From Erysipelotrichaceae bacterium (lineage in GTDB: Bacteria > Bacillota_I > Bacilli_A > Erysipelotrichales > Erysipelotrichaceae), in contig OY760660.1 of assembly GCA_963663995.1 (NCBI GenBank), positions 660,001 through 692,000 of the forward strand: a stretch of DNA of 32,000 nt, given 5' to 3'. The notes under the pieces were generated by a model. That model was not told the origin of the DNA. It saw nothing but the letters and a program-made list of their open reading frames with translations, and made no database searches. Each line of letters begins with the position of its first letter. The stretch's first letter is position 1. The position numbers and the translations under genes were made by a program. Positions 1 through 8,761 of this stretch are shown piece after piece.

Positions 1-16
1 AATACTCCTTATAAGT

Positions 17-50
17 AGAGCGGCTTGTGGCCGCTCTTTAATACTTTTCT
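17..50. terminator. GC-rich hairpin next to the 3' end of the PTS gene; probable intrinsic terminator, direction ambiguous
   Basis: 8-bp stem AGAGCGGC (17-24) / GCCGCTCT (30-37) with a 5-nt loop. A T-rich run follows on the plus strand (38-50). On the minus strand it lies 15 nt past the PTS stop codon but has no U-tract. Positions 1-12 read AAGGAG on the minus strand, so a further minus-strand gene may start just left of the window. Confidence 0.45.
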
Positions 51-51
51 A

Positions 52-1401
52 TTATACAGTTTCTACGTCGTCGAATCCAAGGACCCAAGTGACTACAAAG
101 GCGACAACCATCGCAATAATCATGGTTGCGATAGCCATATACATATTCCCTAATGATCCATCAGGTGCAATGAATGTAGGTAGTGCAAACCAACCTGGTG
201 ATACAATACCGTATTGTTTTAAACCAACAAGTCCTGCAAATAAACCACCTACAGCTCCACCTGCTACTGCACCAATGAAAGGTTTCTTAAATGGGAGTAA
301 GATCCCGAAGATTGAAGGTTCTGTAATTCCTAAGATACCCGTTAAACCAACAGATGATGCTAAAGCTTTTGTATTAGCGACTTTTGATTTAACAAAAACA
401 GCTAAAGCTGCAGCACCCACCGCAACGTTTGCTGCGAGCATTCCAGGAAGGACAAATGCATCATACCCAAAATCAGCAAATGAAGCGATAACTGGTGGGA
501 ATAAAGCTTGGTTCATACCAGTCATAACTAAGAACGGTGTGAAGGCACCCATAAGTGAAACAGATAACCAACCTAAATAAGTATTTACCCAAACTAAGAA
601 AGCAGCTAACCATTGACCCGCAATAACGCCAATTGGACCTAATGCGATAAGTGTGAATGGTACCATGACAATCATCACAACAAGTGGTCTTAAGAAAAAT
701 TTAACCGCTTTTGGTGTATACATGTCTACGTATTTATCAACGAAGTACATCACCACAACCCCAAAGATAATAGGCAATACAGATGAACTATAGTTTTGTG
801 CAGCAATACCAATTCCAAAGAAGTTGAGTTCCATGCCATTGATAGGTGCTGATAATAAGACAGCTGCTAAGAAAGCCCCCATGAATGGGTTTAAACCAAT
901 TTTACGAGCTGCTGAGAAACCGACAAACATAGGTAAGAATGCAAAACCAGCTGTATTAATTGAACTTAAAATTGTATAGGCACCGGATGTAGCATCCATG
1001 CCTAAGAAAGTTGTCCCAATCGTTAGAACAGCATTAATTAAACCTGCTGCTACAAGGATTGGTAATAATGGAACGAAAGTTCCGGATACGAAATCGATGA
1101 TTGTTCCCCAAAGATTTTTTGAACCATCGTCATTTACTTTTCCACCTTTTGTAAAGTTTCCAAGTTTAACAAATGCTTGATATAAATTAGGAACATCGGT
1201 GCCAATAACACATTGGATTTCATTTCCTCTTTCAACAAGACCCATAACACCTGTTACTTTTTTGACTGCCTCAAGATCTGCTTTACTTAAATCATTTAAA
1301 GTTAAACGTAAACGTGTTGCACAGAAGTTAACTCCTGTGACATTTGATTCCCCACCGACTTTTTCTAAAATTGCTTTAGAAGTTTCTGTATAGTTACTCA
1401 T
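52..1401 (-). CDS. PTS system EIIBC component, glucose/beta-glucoside/sucrose superfamily (no EIIA domain)
   Basis: 449 aa. The N-terminal EIIB domain carries the phosphorylatable Cys motif NFCATRLRL. About 10 hydrophobic helices typical of EIIC follow. The start overlaps the stop of the upstream GH1 gene by 8 nt, indicating an operon. Confidence 0.9.
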   Translation of the reverse strand: MSNYTETSKAILEKVGGESNVTGVNFCATRLRLTLNDLSKADLEAVKKVTGVMGLVERGNEIQCVIGTDVPNLYQAFVKLGNFTKGGKVNDDGSKNLWGTIIDFVSGTFVPLLPILVAAGLINAVLTIGTTFLGMDATSGAYTILSSINTAGFAFLPMFVGFSAARKIGLNPFMGAFLAAVLLSAPINGMELNFFGIGIAAQNYSSSVLPIIFGVVVMYFVDKYVDMYTPKAVKFFLRPLVVMIVMVPFTLIALGPIGVIAGQWLAAFLVWVNTYLGWLSVSLMGAFTPFLVMTGMNQALFPPVIASFADFGYDAFVLPGMLAANVAVGAAALAVFVKSKVANTKALASSVGLTGILGITEPSIFGILLPFKKPFIGAVAGGAVGGLFAGLVGLKQYGIVSPGWFALPTFIAPDGSLGNMYMAIATMIIAMVVAFVVTWVLGFDDVETV

Positions 1402-2845
1402 TATTCATTTCCTTTCCCCAATCTTGTCCATTGGATTTAATGAGTTTTGAATACCAGTGATAGGATGCTTTTTTAACTCTTCTCAAGTCTCTAACATCTT
1501 CATCTGTTGTATTAACAAAGACTAAGCCATAGCGTTTTGCCATTCCGTTACCTGTTGATAAGATATCGGTAAATGACCATAAATTATACCCAAAGACTTC
1601 ACAACCATCTTCGATTGCAAGTCCGATTTGATAGATTTGATCACGTAAGAAGTCAATACGTCCTTGATCATTTACTTCACCGTTTTCATCTAAATCTTCA
1701 TGTGCACCAAAACCATTTTCTGTAATAATCATTGGTAAATGATAATGGTCCCATACATAACGAAGCATATAACGCATTGCGACTGGATCAATTTCCCAAT
1801 CCCAATCAGTTGTTTCGACATATGGATTACTATCAAGTGCATATAAACCTGGATAGTTAGGATAAATAAATTCACCTTTATTACCAGATTTATTCAATGC
1901 TAAACCAACTACATCACTATCATGTGGGGCATGTTTCGCGACATTGGAGCGATAACAATTTAGCGCAAAGAAATCGATTTTTGCTTGTTTAATCAGTTCC
2001 ATATCGCCTTCACGAATATCAGGATGAATATCATTTTCTGCCCAATATTTCTTCGTAAAGCCGTTATATTCACCAAATACATAAAGATCATTCCAAATTT
2101 TTTCGGTTAGTTCTTCAGCATTCATGGCGGCAATTTGATCTAAAGGATTTCCACTTTGAGGATAAATCGGTACGTAACCCGGAACAGGTCCAATTTTTCC
2201 ACCTTCAACCAGTTCATGACAGGCAATAACTGCTTTTGCATGACATAAGTTCATGATGTGATTAACATCCCATTTATCTCTAAACCAGTCCGTACATCCT
2301 TTATCAACACCTAACCAATCACCATAAACAATTTGCATATTTTGTTCATTGATGGATAACCAGTGTTTAACACGATCTCCAAAAGCTTCAAAACAAACTT
2401 CAGCATAATGTTCAAACGCATCAATAATTCTTCGATCACGCCATCCACCTAATTCTTCATCTACCCAAACAGGCATATCGTAGTGGTATAGCGTTGGGAT
2501 TGGTTCAATGCCATATTTCAATAATTCATCAATAAGATTATTGTAGAATTGAATTCCTTCTTCATTCACTTTTCCATCACTATGGGGAATAATACGTGGC
2601 CAAGCAATCGAAAAACGATAGGACTTAAAGCCTGCTTCTGCCATTAATTTGACATCTTCTTTATAGTGATGATAATGATCTGCTGCAATTGAATTGTCAG
2701 CATATGGTTTCTTCTTTTGGCTATTTAAATCAATGATGGCAGGTGTACGACCACCTTCAGTGGTTGCTCCTTCACATTGCCAAGCTGCCGTTGAAGCACC
2801 CCATAAAAACCCTTCTGGGAAGTTTGGATTGTGTTTATAATACAT
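1394..2845 (-). CDS. Glycoside hydrolase family 1, 6-phospho-beta-glucosidase
   Basis: 483 aa. Has the GH1 hallmarks FLWGASTAAWQCEG, an acid/base region SINEQN and the nucleophile motif ITENGFG. SD AGAAAGG lies upstream. Operon context with a PTS EIIBC implies a phosphorylated substrate. Confidence 0.9.
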   Translation of the reverse strand: MYYKHNPNFPEGFLWGASTAAWQCEGATTEGGRTPAIIDLNSQKKKPYADNSIAADHYHHYKEDVKLMAEAGFKSYRFSIAWPRIIPHSDGKVNEEGIQFYNNLIDELLKYGIEPIPTLYHYDMPVWVDEELGGWRDRRIIDAFEHYAEVCFEAFGDRVKHWLSINEQNMQIVYGDWLGVDKGCTDWFRDKWDVNHIMNLCHAKAVIACHELVEGGKIGPVPGYVPIYPQSGNPLDQIAAMNAEELTEKIWNDLYVFGEYNGFTKKYWAENDIHPDIREGDMELIKQAKIDFFALNCYRSNVAKHAPHDSDVVGLALNKSGNKGEFIYPNYPGLYALDSNPYVETTDWDWEIDPVAMRYMLRYVWDHYHLPMIITENGFGAHEDLDENGEVNDQGRIDFLRDQIYQIGLAIEDGCEVFGYNLWSFTDILSTGNGMAKRYGLVFVNTTDEDVRDLRRVKKASYHWYSKLIKSNGQDWGKEMNNE

Positions 2846-2862
2846 GTTTTGCCTTTCTTAAA

Positions 2863-3651
2863 TTAAGATTCTTTATAGGCATTTACATAAGCAGATAAAA
2901 TGATATCGAAAACATAGTCAATTCCATATTTCCCATACATAAAGCTACTTTCACCGGTTACATCACGTTTACTTAAATGGTAAACCTTATCATAACCCTC
3001 ATTTAATTTGGGATTACGATTACCTGTATACAGTGTTTTATGAGCTTTTGAATCCTTAATAAAAGGATAAATTGCATTTGCAAATACCCCAGTAACGGAT
3101 AGTGTAATCAAACAATCTTTTTCATTAGCCTCGCTAATCATAGAATGATCTTCATAACTATCAGATACTAAGTAAATAATCTTTCCATACAAAGCCATTG
3201 CTTGTTGGAAGTTTTTGATGACAGATGTTGAAGCATCTGACGTTAAAATAACGACATAGCGTGAATCATGGAGCACTTTAATAATTGAATTTATCTCTTC
3301 CGTATCCATACGGTAATCAAGTTCTTCAATCATTTCATTGATTTCTAAGGTTAATTTAGATCTATACTCTTCGCGTCCATAATGTTTAATTGATTGCGAC
3401 ATTTTGTCATCGTACTCAGTAAACTCATTTTTCAAATCTAAAAAGCTTCCATAGCCAAGAGACTTACAAAAACGACGAACACTTGAACGAGAAACGTAAC
3501 ATTCAGCTGCTACATCAAAGATATTGAGTTCTGATAAATGATTATAATTTTCCAAAAAATAGCGTGCGAGTACTGCGCTACTATCATCTGGAGAGTTATC
3601 ATTCAGAACCGTAAATAAAGAATTCAATAGGCCTAATCGGTTTATGCGCAT
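2863..3651 (-). CDS. RpiR/MurR-family transcriptional regulator (HTH_6 + SIS domain)
   Basis: 262 aa. N-terminal HTH segment reads IFDVAAECYVSRSSVRRFCKSLGY. The C-terminal half is a SIS-like sugar-phosphate-binding region. A strong SD GGGAGGA lies 5 nt before the ATG. It is the first gene of the rpiR-GH1-PTS operon. Confidence 0.85.
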   Translation of the reverse strand: MRINRLGLLNSLFTVLNDNSPDDSSAVLARYFLENYNHLSELNIFDVAAECYVSRSSVRRFCKSLGYGSFLDLKNEFTEYDDKMSQSIKHYGREEYRSKLTLEINEMIEELDYRMDTEEINSIIKVLHDSRYVVILTSDASTSVIKNFQQAMALYGKIIYLVSDSYEDHSMISEANEKDCLITLSVTGVFANAIYPFIKDSKAHKTLYTGNRNPKLNEGYDKVYHLSKRDVTGESSFMYGKYGIDYVFDIILSAYVNAYKES

Positions 3652-3678
3652 AAGATCCTCCCATAAGTCTATTCAATC

Positions 3679-3707
3679 TTGACTCAATATTAGCAACCGT
3701 TTACATT
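3679..3707 (+). promoter_or_regulatory. Candidate sigma-A-type promoter P1 (TTGACT-17 nt-TACATT) in the rpiR/MFS divergent region
   Basis: TTGACT at 3679-3684, an exact 17-nt spacer, then TACATT at 3702-3707. Use of this promoter would give a ~130-nt leader starting at the 3713-3731 hairpin. Confidence 0.35.
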
Positions 3708-3797
3708 TGATGGGGTTCAAGATGTGAACCCAATATTATTATGTTTATTTTACCTTAAGTTTAAAGTGTTCTGTAAGGGTCGAATATGTGTTTACTA

Positions 3798-3806
3798 TGC
3801 TATAGT
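3798..3806 (+). promoter_or_regulatory. Candidate extended -10 promoter P2 (TGcTATAGT) proximal to the MFS gene
   Basis: TGC at 3798-3800 followed by TATAGT at 3801-3806, about 39 nt upstream of the ATG at 3845. No good -35 element. Confidence 0.35.
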
Positions 3807-3844
3807 AGATAATAGTCAGTTGTTTGGGTAGTAAAGGTTATGGT

Positions 3845-4996
3845 ATGCGGACAAATAATATTAGAACATATTTAGTTTTTAGTTTAATGAGTTTTACAAA
3901 CGGAGTTTCCATGTTTGTTTTTAGTGGAATCCTTGATACATTGGTCATTGATTTAAATATTACACTAGCACAAGCTGGAATGCTTTCGAGTTCATATGCG
4001 ATTGGTGCCCTCTTTGGTGGGCCACTGGTCTTAATTGCTTTTTCAAAGTTAAATCGAAAACATCTATTAGTCGGATCATTAGCGATTGGGATATTAATGA
4101 TGTTTGGATTAACACAAGCACGCTCATTCACCATCATCTTAGTCTTTAGAGGTCTAATGGGAATTTCTCTAAGTGCTTTTACCGTTTTAGCTGTCGCGAC
4201 TGTCATTGCCATATCAGATCCTCAAAAACGTGGACAAGCCATGGCTTATATGCCAATGGGATTATCATTATCCTTAATCATCGGGATCCCAGTTGCTCGA
4301 TTACTTATTACTTATTTCCCTTGGCAAGTTATCTTTTACGGTTTGATTGTTCTCGCTATTTTTAATTGTCTCTATTTTGCCTTTAAATTACCTAAAAGCA
4401 ATCACAAAGATCATTATATTTCTTTAAAAAATCAGTTAACTTATTTAAAATCTAAAAAAGTTATCGTCGCTTTAATAATTACAATAGTCATGTTTGTAGG
4501 TTATTCAGCACTCTATGTCTATATCACACCTTATTTAATACAGTATGATAGTTTCAAACCATATATCAGCTTAATCTTAATTATCGTTGGTTTATTCGCG
4601 TTAATTGGTAATCATTTTGGTGGAAGAGCTTTAGATAAACTAGGTGGTGAAAAAGCATTAATTTGGGGATCAATTATCTACTTAATCGGATCTATCTTGT
4701 TAATGTTTACGCGATCCTTTGCGATGTTGAATCTTATAAGTTTTCTTATATTTGTATTTGCATTATGGATGTTAGGTTTAATGACAAACTACAGCATTGT
4801 TCATTACACCCATCAAAATGCAAATGTTATATTGGCCATCAATGGTTCAGCCATCCAATTAGGTTATGTAATTGGTCCAAGCAGTGCTGGTTATATTATC
4901 TCTCATTTTGGACTTAATCAAATTGTTTTGATTTCATTAATCAGTGCAATCTTACTTATGATCTTCAGTTTATATTTAACTAAAGTAAAAGCCTAA
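3845..4996 (+). CDS. Major facilitator superfamily transporter (12 TM; resembles the sugar/purine-base efflux DHA-type subfamily)
   Basis: The ORF track begins at TTG 3824. I prefer ATG 3845 (MRTNNIRTY...), which has SD AAAGG at 3833-3837. The hydrophobicity pattern fits 12 TM helices, and the loop motif ISDPQKRGQAMA between TM2 and TM3 is typical of MFS. Confidence 0.8.
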   Translation: MRTNNIRTYLVFSLMSFTNGVSMFVFSGILDTLVIDLNITLAQAGMLSSSYAIGALFGGPLVLIAFSKLNRKHLLVGSLAIGILMMFGLTQARSFTIILVFRGLMGISLSAFTVLAVATVIAISDPQKRGQAMAYMPMGLSLSLIIGIPVARLLITYFPWQVIFYGLIVLAIFNCLYFAFKLPKSNHKDHYISLKNQLTYLKSKKVIVALIITIVMFVGYSALYVYITPYLIQYDSFKPYISLILIIVGLFALIGNHFGGRALDKLGGEKALIWGSIIYLIGSILLMFTRSFAMLNLISFLIFVFALWMLGLMTNYSIVHYTHQNANVILAINGSAIQLGYVIGPSSAGYIISHFGLNQIVLISLISAILLMIFSLYLTKVKA

Positions 4997-5004
4997 ACAA
5001 AAAC

Positions 5005-5028
5005 AAAATCTCCAAGCGGAGATTTTTT
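5005..5028. terminator. Bidirectional intrinsic terminator between the convergent MFS and nuclease genes
   Basis: 9-bp stem AAAATCTCC (5005-5013) / GGAGATTTT (5018-5026) with loop AAGC. A/T runs flank it on both sides. Confidence 0.8.
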
Positions 5029-5040
5029 AATAGATTTAAC

Positions 5041-6276
5041 TTATTCCCCTACCATTCCATCATTATCACCATCAACCATATATTGATATAACCAAAAGTC
5101 AGAATGAATAGGCATAGAGTAACCAGCTGCTTTTGCTTCAGCAATGGTGATTGTCCCATTGTGATTTGTGTCTATTGAACTAATATCATGCGAGTCTTGT
5201 GCATTAGAATTATCTTTAGGACTCACATTATCAAAATCATCTGTCGTTGTGATGCCATTAATAACATAGCTGAAACTGTAATGTGATGGTGTTTGAGTTG
5301 CCGTATTAGGATAGGTTATCAGGGCAATAAACTGACTTGCCCCTAAGGCAGAGCGAATGCTACTTTCCATATAAGCTTGATCACCATAGCGATTCAAGGT
5401 TGAATCTTGAGGGGTGATGTTATAAGCATTGGATACACCTCCAAGAGAATCAGCTATAACATGACCTTGATCTAAATCTGGGCTTTCTGTACCTGGCACT
5501 CTCGCTTCATCACTACAATATCTTCCCTCTCCTAAAAGCACTTCTGTACGTTCATTTTGACGGGTAATTTTATCAGCTAATATCACGATAAGTTGTCCAT
5601 ATTCATTTGTAAAAGCCCAATACTCACGATCACCATACCCGACATCAACGACAACATTAACATCTCTTCCACCTGACAGATCACATTTATCAACTTCAAT
5701 AAGTCTGTGATTCAATAAGTCTAAAGTTTTTATTTTATCTAATAACCAATCACTCCCATTATTAATACTTGCTTCACTTACAATAACTGTTAATGTTTTT
5801 GAAAAATCATCTATTGAATAAGTTACCGTATAAGTACCTGCAGCGCTTGTATTTACAGGATTAATTATATTTATTTTGGGATTATCATTAATATAATTTC
5901 GTGGGTCAAAGACTGAACCAAATTCTAAAGTTAATTCACTTGAGCTTAAAAGAATTGGCTCCTCTAAAACGATGACATTCAAAGTTTTTTTGACATCATC
6001 GATTGAATAGATAACCACGTATGAACCAGGAATATTGATATCTACACTATTGGCAATACTTAATTTATATTTTAATGACTCATCAACAAATTGATAAGGA
6101 TCAAAGTTTTGTCCAACATAAATTTCAACTTGATCTTTTAATAAATGAAAATTAATATCTTCAGTACTTTGAATCTCTTCATTTGATTCAGTTGAAACAA
6201 TCGATGAACATGAAAATAAAAAAACTAAGAGAATAGATCCAATAACTTTTAAAAAGTACTGTCTTTTTTTAATCAT
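5041..6276 (-). CDS. Secreted lipoprotein nuclease: 2 Ig-like repeats + DNA/RNA non-specific endonuclease (EssD/Endonuclease_NS_2-like beta-beta-alpha-Me) + Excalibur-like Ca-binding tail
   Basis: 411 aa. Signal peptide with lipobox-like LFSC (Cys23). Two ~60-aa repeats end in GSYVVIYSIDDVKKTLNVIV and GTYTVTYSIDDFSKTLTVIV. The catalytic-type motif is DQGHVIADSLGG...NITPQ...LN. The C-terminus reads DTNHNGTITIAEAKAAGY...DGDNDGMVGE. Confidence 0.65.
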   Translation of the reverse strand: MIKKRQYFLKVIGSILLVFLFSCSSIVSTESNEEIQSTEDINFHLLKDQVEIYVGQNFDPYQFVDESLKYKLSIANSVDINIPGSYVVIYSIDDVKKTLNVIVLEEPILLSSSELTLEFGSVFDPRNYINDNPKINIINPVNTSAAGTYTVTYSIDDFSKTLTVIVSEASINNGSDWLLDKIKTLDLLNHRLIEVDKCDLSGGRDVNVVVDVGYGDREYWAFTNEYGQLIVILADKITRQNERTEVLLGEGRYCSDEARVPGTESPDLDQGHVIADSLGGVSNAYNITPQDSTLNRYGDQAYMESSIRSALGASQFIALITYPNTATQTPSHYSFSYVINGITTTDDFDNVSPKDNSNAQDSHDISSIDTNHNGTITIAEAKAAGYSMPIHSDFWLYQYMVDGDNDGMVGE

Positions 6277-6300
6277 AAACTCCCATTCCTTTACAATATG

Positions 6301-6309
6301 ATTATCTCA
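6301..6309 (-). promoter_or_regulatory. Candidate extended -10 promoter (TGaGATAAT) for the nuclease gene
   Basis: The minus strand reads TGAGATAAT over 6309-6301, about 25 nt upstream of the ATG at 6276. It lies just downstream of the terminator of the preceding GGDEF gene. Confidence 0.35.
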
Positions 6310-6321
6310 AAAAGCATACAT

Positions 6322-6349
6322 AAAAAAACTCCAATTTGTATAGAGTTTT
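6322..6349 (-). terminator. Intrinsic terminator of the first GGDEF gene
   Basis: The minus strand reads AAAACTC-(11-nt loop)-GAGTTTT followed by TTT. The stem overlaps the TAA stop at 6348-6350. Confidence 0.55.
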
Positions 6350-7472
6350 AGGAATACGCAACGATTTGTTTTTTACCTTGGTGTTTAGCCACATATAATC
6401 GCTCATCAGCCAGTGCGAGTAATCGTTCATTACTGTTATCTTTCAGTTCAGCTAAACCACCACTGATTGACATACTAATCTTATCAAACTTAAGTTGAGC
6501 AACCGCATCACAGATACGCTGACTAACAATATTGGCGTTTTCTTTTGTGGTTTCAGGAAAGACAACTAAGAATTCTTCACCACCATAGCGACCAATTAAA
6601 TCAGTATCACGCACACAACGATGAATCACTTTAGCAACTTCTAAGATAACTTTATCGCCTTCTTGATGACCAAAGGTATCATTAGTTTTTTTAAAATCGT
6701 CAATATCTAACATGAGTACTGATAAATCCTTCTTGTATCGATGGGCATGAGCTACAGCTTCATCCATTTGTAAAAGAATACTTTCATGATTATAGAAGCG
6801 TGTCATTGGATCACGTTTATTAAGTTCTTCTAGTTTATTATTTAAGTCCATTTGATGTTGATGGTTATACCAAAGTTCAACCGTTTTTTGATTTGACTTA
6901 ATCCCTAAATACCAAGCAATAAATGTGAAGACAATGAGATTTTCAATCATATGAAAGGAAGCTTCAGGATTAGTTGATAATATCGCAACAAAGAATACAT
7001 TTACGATGAGTGAAACCATAACCATAAAAGTTAATGAAACAACTGGAATATAAATAGTTACCGCAATTATCATGATTGTCGCAATATACATATGAACAAA
7101 ATCAAAATCATTAATGACAACAATATTTAAACAAGAAGCTAATGCGATAAAGTTAAAAACGATAATATGTTGAAGTTTAAACATCTTCATAAAATCTGCT
7201 TGCCAATTTTTACGTTTAAATTTAAAAGTAGGAATAAAAAGCAAACCATTTGTTACAAGAAAAGCCATTGCGACATAACGAATATTGATATGAATTGATG
7301 GCATCAACGCGATGGATAATTCAACAAATTCTAAACCAATCATTATTCGATAAACACTTTGAAAATTCTCAATAATTCTTTCCTTTGAGAATTCATCACG
7401 ATACTTTTCCATCTCATCAGCACTGTGATTAGGTGCAACAAGTTTATAATATATTTTCTTAAATATATTCAT
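6348..7472 (-). CDS. Membrane-bound diguanylate cyclase (6 TM N-terminal domain + GGDEF domain), paralog 1
   Basis: 374 aa. GGEEF is encoded at 6570-6584. The I-site RDTD lies 5 residues upstream. Nucleotide-binding motifs are DIDDFKKTND and GHQEGD. Six hydrophobic helices occupy residues ~40-195. Confidence 0.9.
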   Translation of the reverse strand: MNIFKKIYYKLVAPNHSADEMEKYRDEFSKERIIENFQSVYRIMIGLEFVELSIALMPSIHINIRYVAMAFLVTNGLLFIPTFKFKRKNWQADFMKMFKLQHIIVFNFIALASCLNIVVINDFDFVHMYIATIMIIAVTIYIPVVSLTFMVMVSLIVNVFFVAILSTNPEASFHMIENLIVFTFIAWYLGIKSNQKTVELWYNHQHQMDLNNKLEELNKRDPMTRFYNHESILLQMDEAVAHAHRYKKDLSVLMLDIDDFKKTNDTFGHQEGDKVILEVAKVIHRCVRDTDLIGRYGGEEFLVVFPETTKENANIVSQRICDAVAQLKFDKISMSISGGLAELKDNSNERLLALADERLYVAKHQGKKQIVAYS

Positions 7473-7555
7473 ACTTAAAATATATCACGCTATGTCACAT
7501 TTTTTAGGTATAATTGTATTAATTTCATGTCGTATTTCTATAGATAAATATTTAT

Positions 7556-8680
7556 TTAGACAGTTGTTTGAATTTGATTTTTACCATTGTTTTTAGCAAC
7601 ATAGAGTTGTTTATCAGCTATTTGAATGAGTTCCTTACTACTTTGTTTATTTAACTCTGCGATACCACCACTAATAGTAATCGAAAAATTTTCAAACTGA
7701 ATATCTGCGATAGATTGACGAATCCGTTCTGCAATATCTACGGCTTGAGCTTTTAGCGTTTCAGGGAATAAAATCATAAACTCTTCGCCACCATAGCGGC
7801 CAATTAAATCATTATTACGAACTTGACTTCGGATGACTTTAGCAACTTCCATTAAGACTTTATCACCATATTGATGTCCATAATTATCATTAATATTCTT
7901 AAAGTCATCTAAATCCAGAATAAGAATTGATAAATCTTTATGATTCATTTTCGCTTTTTCGATTTCATTATCGAGTAGTTGGAAGATTTTCTCATGATTA
8001 TAAAATTGGGTCATTGAATCTTTTTGAGCTAATTCCTCAAGTTGAATATTAGCTTCTTTTTGATTGTGATAATTCATCCAAATAATAATTCGATTACGAT
8101 TGGATAACACTCCAACATACCAAGCTAAAAAGATAAAAATAAAAATATTCATGATTTCAAATTGAATAACTAAAGGGTCAGAATGATAATATAAAATACC
8201 CGCAATATTAAAAATTTCAGTTACAATCGCTAAGTTAGCTAGTGTGGTCGATTTGATATGTAAAACAACTGCTGAAAATACAAAGATAACAATATACATA
8301 TGCACTAAGACTAAATGATCTGATTCAAAAAAGTTGAATATACTGCTTAAAAAGTAAAAGTTTAAAAGGATGACGTTTTGAACTCGTAACATTGATTTAT
8401 AGCGAACACCATAATTATTCTTTTTAAAACCATTTACAACTAAAATTGCAATCACATTGATAAATAAGAATATGACTAGTGAAATTTTTGTTTTAAGCTC
8501 AAAATTAAAGAAAAGAAGTGAAAAGTTTAATGGTGTTGTCAACAACATTAAACCCCACAAGTGTTCTAAGTTAACTTGGGTTTGTTCAAACAAAAACTCA
8601 AAGCGAAATGGGAAAACCGCTTTGTGTTCTGGTTTAGGATAAGCAAAGTCATAAAACATATCGACAAATTTATTTATCAT
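7556..8680 (-). CDS. Membrane-bound diguanylate cyclase (6 TM + GGDEF), paralog 2
   Basis: 374 aa. GGEEF is encoded at 7778-7792. The I-site is RNND. Motifs DLDDFKNIND and GHQYGD are present. Architecture and length match paralog 1. Confidence 0.9.
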   Translation of the reverse strand: MINKFVDMFYDFAYPKPEHKAVFPFRFEFLFEQTQVNLEHLWGLMLLTTPLNFSLLFFNFELKTKISLVIFLFINVIAILVVNGFKKNNYGVRYKSMLRVQNVILLNFYFLSSIFNFFESDHLVLVHMYIVIFVFSAVVLHIKSTTLANLAIVTEIFNIAGILYYHSDPLVIQFEIMNIFIFIFLAWYVGVLSNRNRIIIWMNYHNQKEANIQLEELAQKDSMTQFYNHEKIFQLLDNEIEKAKMNHKDLSILILDLDDFKNINDNYGHQYGDKVLMEVAKVIRSQVRNNDLIGRYGGEEFMILFPETLKAQAVDIAERIRQSIADIQFENFSITISGGIAELNKQSSKELIQIADKQLYVAKNNGKNQIQTTV

Positions 8681-8738
8681 AAGTCTATTTTACCCACATA
8701 ATTAGACTTATTTATATCAAGATGCATTTGATAGAGTG

Positions 8739-8761
8739 AAAAAAAAGCTCAATTTGAGCTT
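8739..8761 (-). terminator. Intrinsic terminator of the third GGDEF gene
   Basis: The minus strand reads AAGCTCA-AAT-TGAGCTT followed by 8 U. The TGA stop (8749-8751) sits inside the stem. Confidence 0.75.

Noticed and set aside
89-1393. Plus-strand ORFs 89-580, 998-1180 and 1199-1393, antisense to the PTS EIIBC gene.
   Set aside because: They lie entirely within a well-supported minus-strand CDS. The translations are P/T/A-rich low-complexity sequence typical of the antisense of membrane-protein genes. No start signals are present.
3708-3844. Purine (or other known) riboswitch upstream of the PbuE-like MFS transporter.
   Set aside because: The leader lacks the conserved purine-riboswitch junction and loop sequences (for example the GUUUCUACC-type J2-3 core). 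I could not fit it to any riboswitch consensus I know. Only a simple hairpin is evident.
3838-4917. ORFs 3838-4212 (minus) and 4663-4917 (plus, alternate frame) inside the MFS transporter gene.
   Set aside because: They are antisense or out-of-frame overlaps of a 12-TM MFS gene. I saw no SD and no recognisable motifs.
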